From a virus, in the IMG/VR virus record IMGVR_UViG_3300032294_002710, positions 70,853 through 134,852 of that record: a stretch of 64,000 nucleotides of DNA; one strand, given 5' to 3'. Below are positions 21,142-31,772 of the stretch, piece by piece. The notes beneath the pieces were generated by a model, which was not told the DNA's origin, searched no databases, and saw only the letters and a program-made list of their open reading frames with translations. The position numbers and the translations under genes were made by a program. The first letter of the stretch is position 1. Each line of letters starts with the position of its first letter.

Positions 21142-22590
21142 ATGGCAAAGTTTAACACAACAGTACCAAAACAAAAAACACTAACTACTAATTTAGCTGG
21201 TGGACAGGCTTATCAACAATCAAGTGAGTTGGAATTGGTTTCAATCCTTTTAACTTCATTTGTTAGTGACCAATTTTATCGTCAATCTGGTGATACTTTA
21301 GAAAGAGTTAAAACTCTTTTAGATAAAGTTAATCCTAAATTTGCGGCTAAGACTGCAATTTTTGCTCGTGATAAGTTTGGAATGAGAAGTATTACACACG
21401 CTTTAGCTGGTGAGCTAACCTCAAAACTTGGTGGTCATGAGTGGTCAAAGGACTTCTATGATAAAGTTGTTGTTCGTGTTGATGATATGACTGAAATTAT
21501 GTCTTACTATCTTGAGAATAAAACAGATAAGTCTAAACCAAAGTTTCCAAATGCTTTGAAGAAAGGATTTGCATCAGCTTTTGATAAATTTGATAACTAT
21601 CAAATTGCTAAGTATAAGAATGAAAATAAAGAAGTAAAACTTGTTGATATTGTGAATTTGGTTCACCCAGTTCCTACTACTTCAAATAAGGATGCTCTTT
21701 CAAAACTTGTTGCTGGTAATCTGAAGTCTACAGATACTTGGGAATCTAAACTTTCTAAGGCTGGTCAAGAAGCATCTAATGATGAAGAATTGACACAATT
21801 GAAGTCTGATGCTTGGGGAGAACTTCTTACTACAAGAAAAATTGGATACTTTGCACTTCTTAGAAACCTAAGAAATATTATTAATCAAGCTCCACAATTT
21901 GTTGGACTTGCTTGTGACCTATTGGTTGATGAAAAAATGATTAAGTCAAGTCGTGTTCTTCCATTCAGATTTGCAACTGCTTATGAAGAGATTTCTAAAT
22001 TAGGATCTTCTTCTGATGTTAGAAAGGTTATGACTGCATTACACCAGGCTTTGGACATTTCATCTGTAAATATTCCTAAGTTCGATGGTGAGACATTAGT
22101 AGTACTTGATGTATCAGGATCTATGAGTGGTAAACCATCTGAGATAGCTTCTCTTTTTGGAGCTATGTTGGCTAAGGCTAATAACTGTGATGTTATGACA
22201 TTTGCTACAAGTGCTAGTTATAAGTCTTATAACCCAATGGACTCAATACTTACTATTAGAAATGGATTCCGCTTCTCTGGTGGTGGTACGAACTTTAAGG
22301 ATATATTCTTAAAGGCTAATAAGAAATATGACCGTGTTATTATCTTATCAGATATGCAAGGTTGGATGGGTTATACAACACCAGCTTCTGAATTTAATCT
22401 TTATAAGAAGAAATTCAACTGTAATCCTTATGTTTACTCTTGGGATTTGGCTGGACTTGGTACAATGCAACTTCCAGAAAGTAATGTATTTGCATTAGCT
22501 GGATTTAGTGATAAGGTATTTGATATTATGAAGTGGCTTGAAACAGATAGAAATACACTTTATAAAATGATAAATGATATAGAAATCTAA
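21142..22590 (+). CDS. Ro60 / TROVE-domain RNA-binding protein (TROVE + vWA)
   Basis: NLAGGQAY, GMRS, ALLRNLRNI, SRVLPFRF, vWA DVSGSM, GGTNF, SDMQ. Confidence 0.93.
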   Translation: MAKFNTTVPKQKTLTTNLAGGQAYQQSSELELVSILLTSFVSDQFYRQSGDTLERVKTLLDKVNPKFAAKTAIFARDKFGMRSITHALAGELTSKLGGHEWSKDFYDKVVVRVDDMTEIMSYYLENKTDKSKPKFPNALKKGFASAFDKFDNYQIAKYKNENKEVKLVDIVNLVHPVPTTSNKDALSKLVAGNLKSTDTWESKLSKAGQEASNDEELTQLKSDAWGELLTTRKIGYFALLRNLRNIINQAPQFVGLACDLLVDEKMIKSSRVLPFRFATAYEEISKLGSSSDVRKVMTALHQALDISSVNIPKFDGETLVVLDVSGSMSGKPSEIASLFGAMLAKANNCDVMTFATSASYKSYNPMDSILTIRNGFRFSGGGTNFKDIFLKANKKYDRVIILSDMQGWMGYTTPASEFNLYKKKFNCNPYVYSWDLAGLGTMQLPESNVFALAGFSDKVFDIMKWLETDRNTLYKMINDIEI

Positions 22591-22591
22591 T

Positions 22592-22619
22592 AAAAAAACC
22601 CTCATTTGAGGGTTTTTTT
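22592..22619. terminator. Bidirectional intrinsic terminator
   Basis: aaaaaaaccctca-tt-tgagggttttttt between convergent genes. Confidence 0.8.
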
Positions 22620-23367
22620 ATTTTCCTAATATTTCATTACAATAGCCATCTTCATAAGCAGATATTGCATCTGATAGTTCTTGTTTATTATAACTTAGTC
22701 TACCATCACTATAAGTAGCTACTACTATTATTTCATCATCAGTTACGAATCCGATAACTGTAGTATCATCGATATTTTGAGTATCTATTAAGATTTTTGC
22801 TTCTACAACTCCATAACCTTCAAGTTTTTTAATAACATCTTCTACTGCCTTTCTAGTCGGATTATCTTTTTTATTAAATTCTTCTTTTGCTAATCTATAA
22901 TCATCAGTTGATATCTCTTGCGTTACCTGTATCGTTTGTGATATTTCTCTAAAATCTTTAGAATTATTTCCAGCTCCCCAGAATGGTACTTGAGTAATAC
23001 TATTGAAGTTTATCTGAATATCTTCCGCATTTTTAAATCTGTCAAGACAAATATTAAATTGTGTTATAAAATTTGTTTGATCTTCTAGAAATTTTAAGTA
23101 AGATGATGTTGATATTTTGTGTTTTTCAAAGTTATAAGGATTTTTAATATTTTTTAATATTTGAATGTTGTAATATAATTTAATTCCACCTTTTATCTCA
23201 TTAATAAAATGACATTCGCTTTTAAATTCTGATCCTTCATCTAATAACTCCAAGAAATAGTCTTTAATTACCTCATCCGGTATTTTATGTTTATTCTTAA
23301 CCTCCTCACATTCCTCACTATCTGAGAAATTTAGAGCTTCAAAAAATTTATGAAATTTCTTAATCAT
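22618..23367 (-). CDS. Hypothetical protein with capsid-targeting-like N-terminus
   Basis: MIKKFHKFFE. Confidence 0.7.
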   Translation of the reverse strand: MIKKFHKFFEALNFSDSEECEEVKNKHKIPDEVIKDYFLELLDEGSEFKSECHFINEIKGGIKLYYNIQILKNIKNPYNFEKHKISTSSYLKFLEDQTNFITQFNICLDRFKNAEDIQINFNSITQVPFWGAGNNSKDFREISQTIQVTQEISTDDYRLAKEEFNKKDNPTRKAVEDVIKKLEGYGVVEAKILIDTQNIDDTTVIGFVTDDEIIVVATYSDGRLSYNKQELSDAISAYEDGYCNEILGK

Positions 23368-24197
23368 TTAAATTTTCTGTTTTTAATAATCATTTTAGTG
23401 TGTGTTGAATGATTTAGTTCAACATTGAAGTCTTTCTTAACTTGTTGCTTTAGGAATGGTAATAGGAAATCTTCTTCATAAACAATCTTATATTCAGATG
23501 GTATTTTAGATTTTACCGTTTCTAAAGATACTGGAAGATAGTTCTCATTAACCTCTCTATCCCAGTTATCTGTAAACCTATATTTCATCAAGTAGTGTAC
23601 AAATGTTCTATAATTATCACTAATAGTTCCCCATTTTTTTTCAAATGAGTCTAAATAAAATTTATCAGATTTGGATCTGACTTTTCTAACATCATCTTTG
23701 AATTGACTAATCTCTTGTCTGTCTATTTCTAAAGATGGGATCATATCTCTAATTGTGATATATTTAAAATCACCACCAAAGACCTGTTCGTTCCAAAATT
23801 TAGAAATAACATTTGGTCTTGAATATGAGTATACCTCATGAATTACAGAGCTTAAATTTAACAAAGGATTTTTAAATCCAGTTGTTAGTCTAACCGCTTC
23901 GTTCCAATTATTAGTGAATAGTCCTTTTTTGCCTAATCTTGACTTGGCTTTGGATAACATTGTGTCATCTAAATCATATCCTACTAATTTAACACCAGGA
24001 TTTATTTTTGATAACTCTTCTAAAAATGTTCCATCTGCACATCCAAAGTCGACAATTACATCAAAGTTCAACATCTCAGTGAAGAATAATTTATCCCTCA
24101 TCGAGTAATTCATTCCATCGATGTATGATTGTAAATTTGATATTGGTTTTTCACCAACTAACTCTTCTAAAAATAACTTCCAATTGAGTATATTCAT
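23364..24197 (-). CDS. Class I SAM-dependent methyltransferase
   Basis: VDFGCADG, GYDLD, LSSVIHEVYSY. Confidence 0.8.
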   Translation of the reverse strand: MNILNWKLFLEELVGEKPISNLQSYIDGMNYSMRDKLFFTEMLNFDVIVDFGCADGTFLEELSKINPGVKLVGYDLDDTMLSKAKSRLGKKGLFTNNWNEAVRLTTGFKNPLLNLSSVIHEVYSYSRPNVISKFWNEQVFGGDFKYITIRDMIPSLEIDRQEISQFKDDVRKVRSKSDKFYLDSFEKKWGTISDNYRTFVHYLMKYRFTDNWDREVNENYLPVSLETVKSKIPSEYKIVYEEDFLLPFLKQQVKKDFNVELNHSTHTKMIIKNRKFK

Positions 24198-24216
24198 AAT
24201 ATTATATATTATGAAA

Positions 24217-24987
24217 TTATTTCCAAATAGTGCCTAGATCTATTTTAGCAGTTACATCTATTATTTGTGAATCCTTTCTAAGTGAATATTTACCGATGAT
24301 TGAGAGCCTTTTGATAATTTTTCTAATTTTATTTTTATCGGAATCTTCCATATCGTGATTGAAAATTTGAATTAGATTTTCAATTTCATCAAATGTTAAA
24401 TATGATTTATGTCCTAAAAAATATAAAAAATCATAAGAGTAGTTATTATAAACTTCAGATCCTGATTTATTAGACATACTAATCAAAAATTGAGTAAGTG
24501 AGTTTTCTACACCGATAGATGGTACTGAATATTTATATCCATCAAAATTAAATTCACGACTTTTTTCATCATATTTTTCAATGATATCTTCATCTAATTT
24601 ACAATAATTAAATGTCGATGATTCAAATTTAATTTGTTCTTCTTTACCAATTGTGTCATTGAAAAAGTTTAATGTGACTGGTTTATTGTTAGTAAACTTA
24701 ACAATTTCTAAAAACAGATATACAACATCTATGCTTTTAATGTCGTTGTAAGAATATCCATTAGATAATATAACATTTTTTTCAACAATTTTTTTAAGTC
24801 TTGTTACTACAATTCCTAAATCTTCTTTATCGTATTTGTGTTCATATTCTATTATATCTTCTAAATCAGCTTTTTTAATATAAACTTCGAAATCACTCTT
24901 GTAGAAAAACCCCTGAGATGGTAATTGAAAAGTTTCTATTTTTTTCTGAATATTTAATATTCCTTTTATTATGTTAAATAGGCTCAT
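24217..24987 (-). CDS. Baseplate hub assembly protein (T4 gp26-like), tentative
   Basis: LPSQGFFY and SIDVVYLFLEI resemble gp26-family motifs. Confidence 0.5.
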   Translation of the reverse strand: MSLFNIIKGILNIQKKIETFQLPSQGFFYKSDFEVYIKKADLEDIIEYEHKYDKEDLGIVVTRLKKIVEKNVILSNGYSYNDIKSIDVVYLFLEIVKFTNNKPVTLNFFNDTIGKEEQIKFESSTFNYCKLDEDIIEKYDEKSREFNFDGYKYSVPSIGVENSLTQFLISMSNKSGSEVYNNYSYDFLYFLGHKSYLTFDEIENLIQIFNHDMEDSDKNKIRKIIKRLSIIGKYSLRKDSQIIDVTAKIDLGTIWK

Positions 24988-24997
24988 GTTTTTAATT

Positions 24998-26131
24998 TTA
25001 ATTTTCTTCTAGAAATAAATAAATAGTGTCACAAAAATCTTCAATTTTTACCTCATCTGATAAGTTATTTGGGTGAAGCATGTGAATTTTTATTAAATCT
25101 TTTTTAATATCGTATTTAATATTTATTATATAATGTTCTCCTCTGTAATTTATATCAAATAAGTAAAAATAGTTTCCTTGATGTTGCCAAACAACATCGA
25201 TATTGTATTCTTTTAGTCTATTAAACTGGTTATATAGTTCTTTTAACCTATTAGATTCTTCATTTGAAAGTATTGGGAATACTTTTTCCCTAATCATATT
25301 AATAAATCTCTCAGCTTCTTTATTAGAATCTAAATCTAAATCTAAATCAAAAGTTAAATCTAAAGAATTTATCTTTTTTTCAATTTCTTTTAACTTGGAC
25401 ATTATATCCCATTTTGTTGGATGTAAGTTCTTTTTAATCCAGTCTTTTATATTTAAATCTGATTTGTGTTTACCTTCTGGTTTGTCTAAGTCTAAATCTT
25501 GTATCCATCTACCATTTAGATCTCTTGAACTATTGAAGAAAAAACTTGTTGATATTTTATAATTTAAATTATTTGATACAATCTTATCTCTGTTTAACTT
25601 TAAGTTTATTCCAAATTTACTAGAATATTCTCTTAACCAAATTGTTAATGATTTTTTATTATCAAAGTCATCTGTTGTTAAGTCTATTACTGATGTGTAT
25701 TCATTATCTTTTATTTCATAAATCTCATTTTCTATTGAGTATTCAAATTCATTTATTGATTCCAATATCGAATATTCATCTATATTACAAATTACAAATT
25801 CATTTATTGGGAAAAATTGTAAAGCCACGCATTTTATATTCTCATCAAACTCTTGGGATAGTGTCGAGTTTATTCTTGGTGATATATTATCAAATGTTTC
25901 TTTATCCATTCTTTGATTAAATGCTACAAGATAGCTTCTAAATTCTAAGTCACTTGACCATTCACTTCTTTCCAAGTCGTGACAAGTTATTTCACAATCA
26001 CTAATTGTAATTACAGATTTATGTACATGTACATTTACAGACTCATCTATTTCAGATAGAAATGTATCGTTTACTATATCTCTAACAAAGTTAAGTTCGT
26101 TATAGTCTTTAAATTCTAATAGAAGCTTCAT
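24998..26131 (-). CDS. Hypothetical protein
   Basis: MKLLLEFKDYNE start; TATATA upstream. Confidence 0.7.
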   Translation of the reverse strand: MKLLLEFKDYNELNFVRDIVNDTFLSEIDESVNVHVHKSVITISDCEITCHDLERSEWSSDLEFRSYLVAFNQRMDKETFDNISPRINSTLSQEFDENIKCVALQFFPINEFVICNIDEYSILESINEFEYSIENEIYEIKDNEYTSVIDLTTDDFDNKKSLTIWLREYSSKFGINLKLNRDKIVSNNLNYKISTSFFFNSSRDLNGRWIQDLDLDKPEGKHKSDLNIKDWIKKNLHPTKWDIMSKLKEIEKKINSLDLTFDLDLDLDSNKEAERFINMIREKVFPILSNEESNRLKELYNQFNRLKEYNIDVVWQHQGNYFYLFDINYRGEHYIINIKYDIKKDLIKIHMLHPNNLSDEVKIEDFCDTIYLFLEEN

Positions 26132-26165
26132 GTTAGAGTATATATAATTAAAATTAAATTTATAA

Positions 26166-26867
26166 GTGTTAATTTTAGATGATTGTTTTAATTATTTAAG
26201 TAAAATTGAAGATAATTCAATAGACTTAATACTTACAGATCCACCATATGATATTTCAAAGAAGTCTGGATTTAGTTCTGGTAAGCTATCTAAATTTAAT
26301 CAAATATCAATAGACTTTGGATATTGGGACACTGAAATAGATTTAGATAAATTATTTAGAGAATATTATAGAGTTCTAAGAAAAGGAGGAACATTAGTTT
26401 TATTTTATGATATTTGGAAGTCTGCTATGATTAAAGAATTTGCAATTAAATATAAATTTAAACAACCAAGAATAGGACAATGGTTAAAGAATAATCCTGT
26501 TCCTGTTAATTCAAAGATAAATTACTTATCAAATTGTTCAGAATATTTTTTCACTTTTGTTAAGGACAAAAATCCCACTTTTAACTCTGAGTATGATAAC
26601 GGTATTTATAATTTTCCTCTTTGTCATGGTAAAGAAAGGTTGGAACATCCTACTCAAAAACCATTGGGACTTATTAAAAATTTAATAATGAAACATTCAA
26701 ATACTGGTGACTTGGTATTAGATACTTTTAGTGGAACTGGTACAACAGCTGAGGCCTGTTTAGAAACAGAGAGAAGGTATATTTGTATTGAAAGAGATGA
26801 GAATTATTATCAATTATCAAAATTGAGAATAGATTCAATAAAACAAACGAAAATACCAGAAATATAA
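26166..26867 (+). CDS. DNA amino-methyltransferase (N6A/N4C, beta class), no adjacent endonuclease
   Basis: TDPPY, HPTQKP, DTFSGTGTT. Confidence 0.92.
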   Translation: MLILDDCFNYLSKIEDNSIDLILTDPPYDISKKSGFSSGKLSKFNQISIDFGYWDTEIDLDKLFREYYRVLRKGGTLVLFYDIWKSAMIKEFAIKYKFKQPRIGQWLKNNPVPVNSKINYLSNCSEYFFTFVKDKNPTFNSEYDNGIYNFPLCHGKERLEHPTQKPLGLIKNLIMKHSNTGDLVLDTFSGTGTTAEACLETERRYICIERDENYYQLSKLRIDSIKQTKIPEI

Positions 26868-26882
26868 AAATAAAAAAAAGTT

Positions 26883-27296
26883 ATGTCTTTTATTGTTAAA
26901 AACTCACAATTATCTAATGACTCCTTACAAGCATTGAATGAATTAATTGAAAAAGATATTAGTGCTAAACATGCATTTAAAATATTAAGAATTATTAAAC
27001 ATATAAGTTCTATTGTTGAAGATAGAGTTAAGATGGAGAAAAAAATATTTGATAAATGGGTTCAGAGAGATGAGAATGGTAATCCAGTTTTGGCAAAGGA
27101 TGATAATGGTGAGTTTATTTCCGGTGCTGTGGTGATAACTAATGTTGATGAATTTAGCAAAGAAATGTCTGAGTTATTAAATATTGAAAATGAAGTACCT
27201 TTTGATAAAATTGACTTTGAAGAATTAGGACTTGATACTATAAAAATAAAAGATCTTATTAAGATTGACTTCTTATTTAAGGATTCTGAAAACTAA
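26883..27296 (+). CDS. Hypothetical protein
   Basis: 137-aa ORF; AAAC-N18-TATAAA upstream. Confidence 0.7.
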   Translation: MSFIVKNSQLSNDSLQALNELIEKDISAKHAFKILRIIKHISSIVEDRVKMEKKIFDKWVQRDENGNPVLAKDDNGEFISGAVVITNVDEFSKEMSELLNIENEVPFDKIDFEELGLDTIKIKDLIKIDFLFKDSEN

Positions 27297-27623
27297 TATA
27301 AAATCACCTAATCTATTAACACATACGGATTGCCTTTTTAAATAAGCTTCACAAATATCCATCCATCTTTTTTTATCGATTCTATCATTATTATTAAATT
27401 GTAAAAATATATCATGGATTTCTGGTTTTTCATTGGTATAAATTCTAACTATATCTCTTATGTCGTTTAGAACACTAAATAGATTTACCTTTTCCTTGTT
27501 TTCAGTTTCACGATCTAGAGAAAATGCACAGTGGTGCCATAAAAATTTCTCTATTTTAATTGATAGTTGTTCACCACCCTCGTCAATTAAAAAATAATTT
27601 TCATTTATTCTTTTGAAACTCAT
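27273..27623 (-). CDS. Hypothetical protein
   Basis: MSFKRINE start. Confidence 0.6.
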   Translation of the reverse strand: MSFKRINENYFLIDEGGEQLSIKIEKFLWHHCAFSLDRETENKEKVNLFSVLNDIRDIVRIYTNEKPEIHDIFLQFNNNDRIDKKRWMDICEAYLKRQSVCVNRLGDFILVFRILK

Positions 27624-27673
27624 TTTGACGGTATATTATTTTTAATATATATACTAAAATTCATTCTTTGTAA

Positions 27674-29224
27674 ATGGCAATAGCAACCTTTAGTGAGGGT
27701 ACCGGTGTAACAGAAGCTATAAGTAAAAATACTATTAGTGATGTTTTATCATTGTTACCAGATAATACAGTCAAGGAAATAACACCAAGAGATGTGAGAG
27801 ATGCTGTTCTATCTACTTGGGAAAATTCAGTAATTAGATATACTACAGATGGTAGTACTGATTACATTGGTATAGATAGACAAGGCATAAAAGATATTAA
27901 ATTGTTCTTAGGTAAGAAACAAATGTCTGGAAATAATATAATGTCATCAACTTTACTTGGAAGTGACACTGACATATTCCTCTATAATACTAAATCCGAT
28001 TCAGCAATCACTCAAGATTTTAAACTCTCTATATTAGCTGGAACATCGTCAGCTATATTTACATCAGCTCCTTACATTAAAGGTACATTTGTATCGGGTG
28101 TTCAAGAATACATATCATTAGATATAGTAAATCCGGCAGTTTATGGTACTATCAATATTGAAAGTGGATCTTCAGCGAGTGTTACTATCAATAATTTAAT
28201 TTTTCCATCACAGGGATATATTGATTATGTGACATTGAATCCAGGTGTTGCATCTGCATCAACAAATACTGACCTATTTTTGGCGGTAAGTCCTGGTAAT
28301 AATACTGTTGAACTAAAAACATATCAATCCAGTGGTGGTGTTTTAGGTAATGTTTCATTGCCTACAAACATTTATGGTAGTATGGTTTATGTTAATGGTG
28401 ATCCATTAACTTTTACAAATACCACACCAACTGGAGCAACAGTTGGTGGTATACAGTTCGGATCTACATTTAATAATGTTTCAATTGTTGATATGTTAAG
28501 TCAACTATTATATCCATATCTTCCACCTTCTGCAAAGATTTCTATATCAGGTTTGAGTTTTAATGACACTTTTGAAAGAGATCATTCATCTGGATATACT
28601 GTTAATTATACATATACACTTACAAAAACTACTGATAATATAGTTTCTACTTCATTGAGACTAATTAGACAGTCAACTGTTATTGCTTCAATATCTGGTG
28701 CTGCTCTTTCAGGAACAGGATTGGTTAGTCAAACATATACAGGTGCATATACTATTGATGGAACAACAGTGGCTGGTGGTGGAACATCTATAAGAAACTA
28801 TTATACTTTTTCTTGTACACCATTTGATGGTACATCATATGGAACTGCCTCTACATTATTTGAGGGTGTTTTTCCATATTTTTACGGATTCTCAACAACA
28901 AATACTGATTCTCAAATAACTTTAAATGGTACTGTTCTACCAGCATTGACTAAGAGAGTTGATGCGAAAATTGGATTAACACTATCATTGGCAGGAACGG
29001 GCTATTTATACTTTTGTTATCCAGCTATATATGGAACTTTATCAAATATAAAAGATGGAAATGATTATATAGAATATACAGATGGATTAAGTGGTGCTTG
29101 GACATACTCTAATACTAATTTGAATAGTCCTTCTGGCAAATGGTCTGCCGTTCCTTACTATATCTATCGAAAGTATTTGGCATCTACTATACCACCTTCA
29201 CAAAATTATAAATTTAATTTCTAA
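27674..29224 (+). CDS. Virion structural protein (tail/fibre-like)
   Basis: Ser/Thr/Gly-rich beta-type sequence; YLYFCYPAIYG motif; AATATATA upstream. Confidence 0.7.
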   Translation: MAIATFSEGTGVTEAISKNTISDVLSLLPDNTVKEITPRDVRDAVLSTWENSVIRYTTDGSTDYIGIDRQGIKDIKLFLGKKQMSGNNIMSSTLLGSDTDIFLYNTKSDSAITQDFKLSILAGTSSAIFTSAPYIKGTFVSGVQEYISLDIVNPAVYGTINIESGSSASVTINNLIFPSQGYIDYVTLNPGVASASTNTDLFLAVSPGNNTVELKTYQSSGGVLGNVSLPTNIYGSMVYVNGDPLTFTNTTPTGATVGGIQFGSTFNNVSIVDMLSQLLYPYLPPSAKISISGLSFNDTFERDHSSGYTVNYTYTLTKTTDNIVSTSLRLIRQSTVIASISGAALSGTGLVSQTYTGAYTIDGTTVAGGGTSIRNYYTFSCTPFDGTSYGTASTLFEGVFPYFYGFSTTNTDSQITLNGTVLPALTKRVDAKIGLTLSLAGTGYLYFCYPAIYGTLSNIKDGNDYIEYTDGLSGAWTYSNTNLNSPSGKWSAVPYYIYRKYLASTIPPSQNYKFNF

Positions 29225-29226
29225 AT

Positions 29227-30744
29227 ATGGCTATTAATATACAAGAACAATTTAATGTTAATATAGGTCTTCCAATCGACTCAAGAATAGTTGCCAGTGG
29301 TTCAACTGCTAGAAATGCTATAACTTATAAATATGATGGATTAGTTGTCTATGATACTAGTGATAGGAAGACATATGTGTGGAATGCTAATAATAGTAGT
29401 TGGACTTTAACAGATATAAGTGGTGCTGGTACTACTAATGCTCTACCTAAATGGTCCTCCTCTACTGGGTTGACATCTTCTGGTGTTTACATGATTGCAT
29501 CCTCTGGCGTTAATGGAAGGGTAGGTATAAATACAGCTACGCCAAATGAAGTTTTACAAATAAATTCTATAAGTGGTGGATCACAACCATTTGTTATCCA
29601 CAAAGGAAGTTTTAATAACATTATTGGTAGCAACTGGTATAATACTGGTTCAGACGCCTTTTTTTCAGGAACTGATGGATCAGCTATAGTTAAATTTAGA
29701 CCAAATGGTGAAATTGTTATCCACAACAGAGCCAATTCTAATTTTGTACCTTTAAACTCAGCAGACTCATTTAACTCTTTTACAAGTTTATCCATAGGTC
29801 CAGATCGTATAGGTTTACATAGAAATACATATTTTAGTAATAATGGATTAACTATAACATCTGCTGCATACATAAGAGCATTAAATAATTTCTCTACAAA
29901 AACTACACCTGACTACACCTGGTGGAATGATGACATGACTGGTATTTACCACCCATCAGATAATAAAATTGGATTCTCAGTGGAAGGTGAGCAAAAGGCT
30001 TTAATAACAATTAACGGGTTGGCAATAACTGCAACTGATAATGTAACATCACCATCTTCAAGAATACATGTTGATAGTGGAAATTCTGTTGGTAGTAATA
30101 TACAATTCACTGCTGGAACACTAACTGGAGTTGGTTCATCACAGGGTGTATTATTTGGAATTGGTTCAAATGGTGCAGCTGTTTTTCAATCTAGGTTTAA
30201 TAATAGTCCATACCTTTTTGTATTTACTAGTGGTAATAGTCATCACGCTATAAGAAGAAATAAGTTTGTAACATATTCTGGAAGTAATGGTGAGAATTCA
30301 GCATCTGTTTTTGCCGCAAGCGGTGGATCAGGATCTAGAAGTGAGAGAATTAGTTGGGAATGGGTAGCTGGAAGTTTAGGTGGATCTACCACAACCACAA
30401 CAATTTATAATTTGGATATACCAAATGATTCAGTTGTTTCAATTGAGGCCACATTTAACACATCAATTGATCCCAATTCTGGATCTAATCAGTATAAAAC
30501 TCAGAAAGTAATTGCCTTGTTAAGATGTGACTCATCTGGTAATGTTATTAATATATCAAGTTCTACATCATTTACTTTAAATAGTAGTTCATCTACAGGT
30601 ATAGGATCTGTTGCTGTACAAGCATCTGCGTCACAAAACCTTATCGAGTTTAGACAAACCCACGGATCGGGTATTTCATCTTCATATACCGTGTGGTCTA
30701 TTTTAGATATAGTTGCAGTATTTAATGTGAATGTTGGTAGTTAA
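29227..30744 (+). CDS. Tail-fibre-like virion protein
   Basis: PIDSR..YDGLVVYD, GRVGINTATP repeat-type motif, Gly/Ser-rich. Confidence 0.7.
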   Translation: MAINIQEQFNVNIGLPIDSRIVASGSTARNAITYKYDGLVVYDTSDRKTYVWNANNSSWTLTDISGAGTTNALPKWSSSTGLTSSGVYMIASSGVNGRVGINTATPNEVLQINSISGGSQPFVIHKGSFNNIIGSNWYNTGSDAFFSGTDGSAIVKFRPNGEIVIHNRANSNFVPLNSADSFNSFTSLSIGPDRIGLHRNTYFSNNGLTITSAAYIRALNNFSTKTTPDYTWWNDDMTGIYHPSDNKIGFSVEGEQKALITINGLAITATDNVTSPSSRIHVDSGNSVGSNIQFTAGTLTGVGSSQGVLFGIGSNGAAVFQSRFNNSPYLFVFTSGNSHHAIRRNKFVTYSGSNGENSASVFAASGGSGSRSERISWEWVAGSLGGSTTTTTIYNLDIPNDSVVSIEATFNTSIDPNSGSNQYKTQKVIALLRCDSSGNVINISSSTSFTLNSSSSTGIGSVAVQASASQNLIEFRQTHGSGISSSYTVWSILDIVAVFNVNVGS

Positions 30745-31430
30745 TCATTAACGGATTCAAACCACCAATTGAAGTAAATAAAATTATCACCTGTTAGTGT
30801 GTATTGGTCATTATCATATTCAAATATTATCTTATCATTATAAGATTTTAATACTTCAATGATTGAGTTTTTTGGTAAAATAACAAGTTTTCCTGTTTTG
30901 TTTGAGTAGCAATTTACTTCTTCTTTTAATAGTTTAAACTTACCAAATTGTGGTTTTAACCAATTTAATATTTGCTTAATGATTAATCCTTTGGTCTTTA
31001 TGATCCACTCTTTTGTTTGAAGTAATGTATGATCTCTAAATACTTCAGATTTTACTTCAGGTGAGTTTAATATATCTTTTACCACACCCCAGTATTCATC
31101 TTCCTCTTCAGCTTTTAATTTGAAAGATATATACACATCGTATTTTAAGGATGTTGATTTTACAATTTTAATAATTTTTAAAGATGATAGTTCTTGTTCT
31201 TCTAATCCTAATTTAGATTTTATTGATTGGTAAGTTCCTGAGTTTTGTAGTGATTTAGATAATACTCCTAATTTTGATATTGCATTTCTAACGATATCAT
31301 CATGTTTATCAAACGCATTAATTGATAATTGTGGATCATCAACATGTATTGATGCCTGTACTGAATCGGGATTTAATCTTTGAAGGTTAAATTCAGTAAA
31401 TTCAAGTATTAGATGTTTTGGTCTTTTCAT
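30741..31430 (-). CDS. Hypothetical protein
   Basis: 229-aa ORF; KHLILEFTEF. Confidence 0.7.
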   Translation of the reverse strand: MKRPKHLILEFTEFNLQRLNPDSVQASIHVDDPQLSINAFDKHDDIVRNAISKLGVLSKSLQNSGTYQSIKSKLGLEEQELSSLKIIKIVKSTSLKYDVYISFKLKAEEEDEYWGVVKDILNSPEVKSEVFRDHTLLQTKEWIIKTKGLIIKQILNWLKPQFGKFKLLKEEVNCYSNKTGKLVILPKNSIIEVLKSYNDKIIFEYDNDQYTLTGDNFIYFNWWFESVND

Positions 31431-31463
31431 ACTGAATATATATATTAAAATATAAAATTACTT

Positions 31464-31769
31464 ATGAGAATAAGAAAGTTTAATGAGAATGAAATTCAGA
31501 ATTTATCTAATGAGAGATGTGATGAAATAATTAATAATTTAACAGAATTAGCATCTAACATCAATCAAAAGAATGAAATGATTGATTCTCTTATTAATGA
31601 GTTAAATAATTTTATTAATAATTCTGATTCCAAAGTAGATCAAATTGATGACTCTGTTTCTAATTTACAACAAATACGCGGTTATTTTTCTGACTCAATT
31701 GATAAAATTGATAATGTTGTAAATTCTATAAAGGATTACAACAAATCAGGTAGAAAATACATATACTAA
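31464..31769 (+). CDS. Helical protein with capsid-targeting-like N-terminus
   Basis: MRIRKFNENE. Confidence 0.7.
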   Translation: MRIRKFNENEIQNLSNERCDEIINNLTELASNINQKNEMIDSLINELNNFINNSDSKVDQIDDSVSNLQQIRGYFSDSIDKIDNVVNSIKDYNKSGRKYIY

Positions 31770-31772
31770 TTA

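Noticed and set aside
26166-26867. Restriction-modification system
   Set aside because: No recognisable endonuclease next to the methyltransferase
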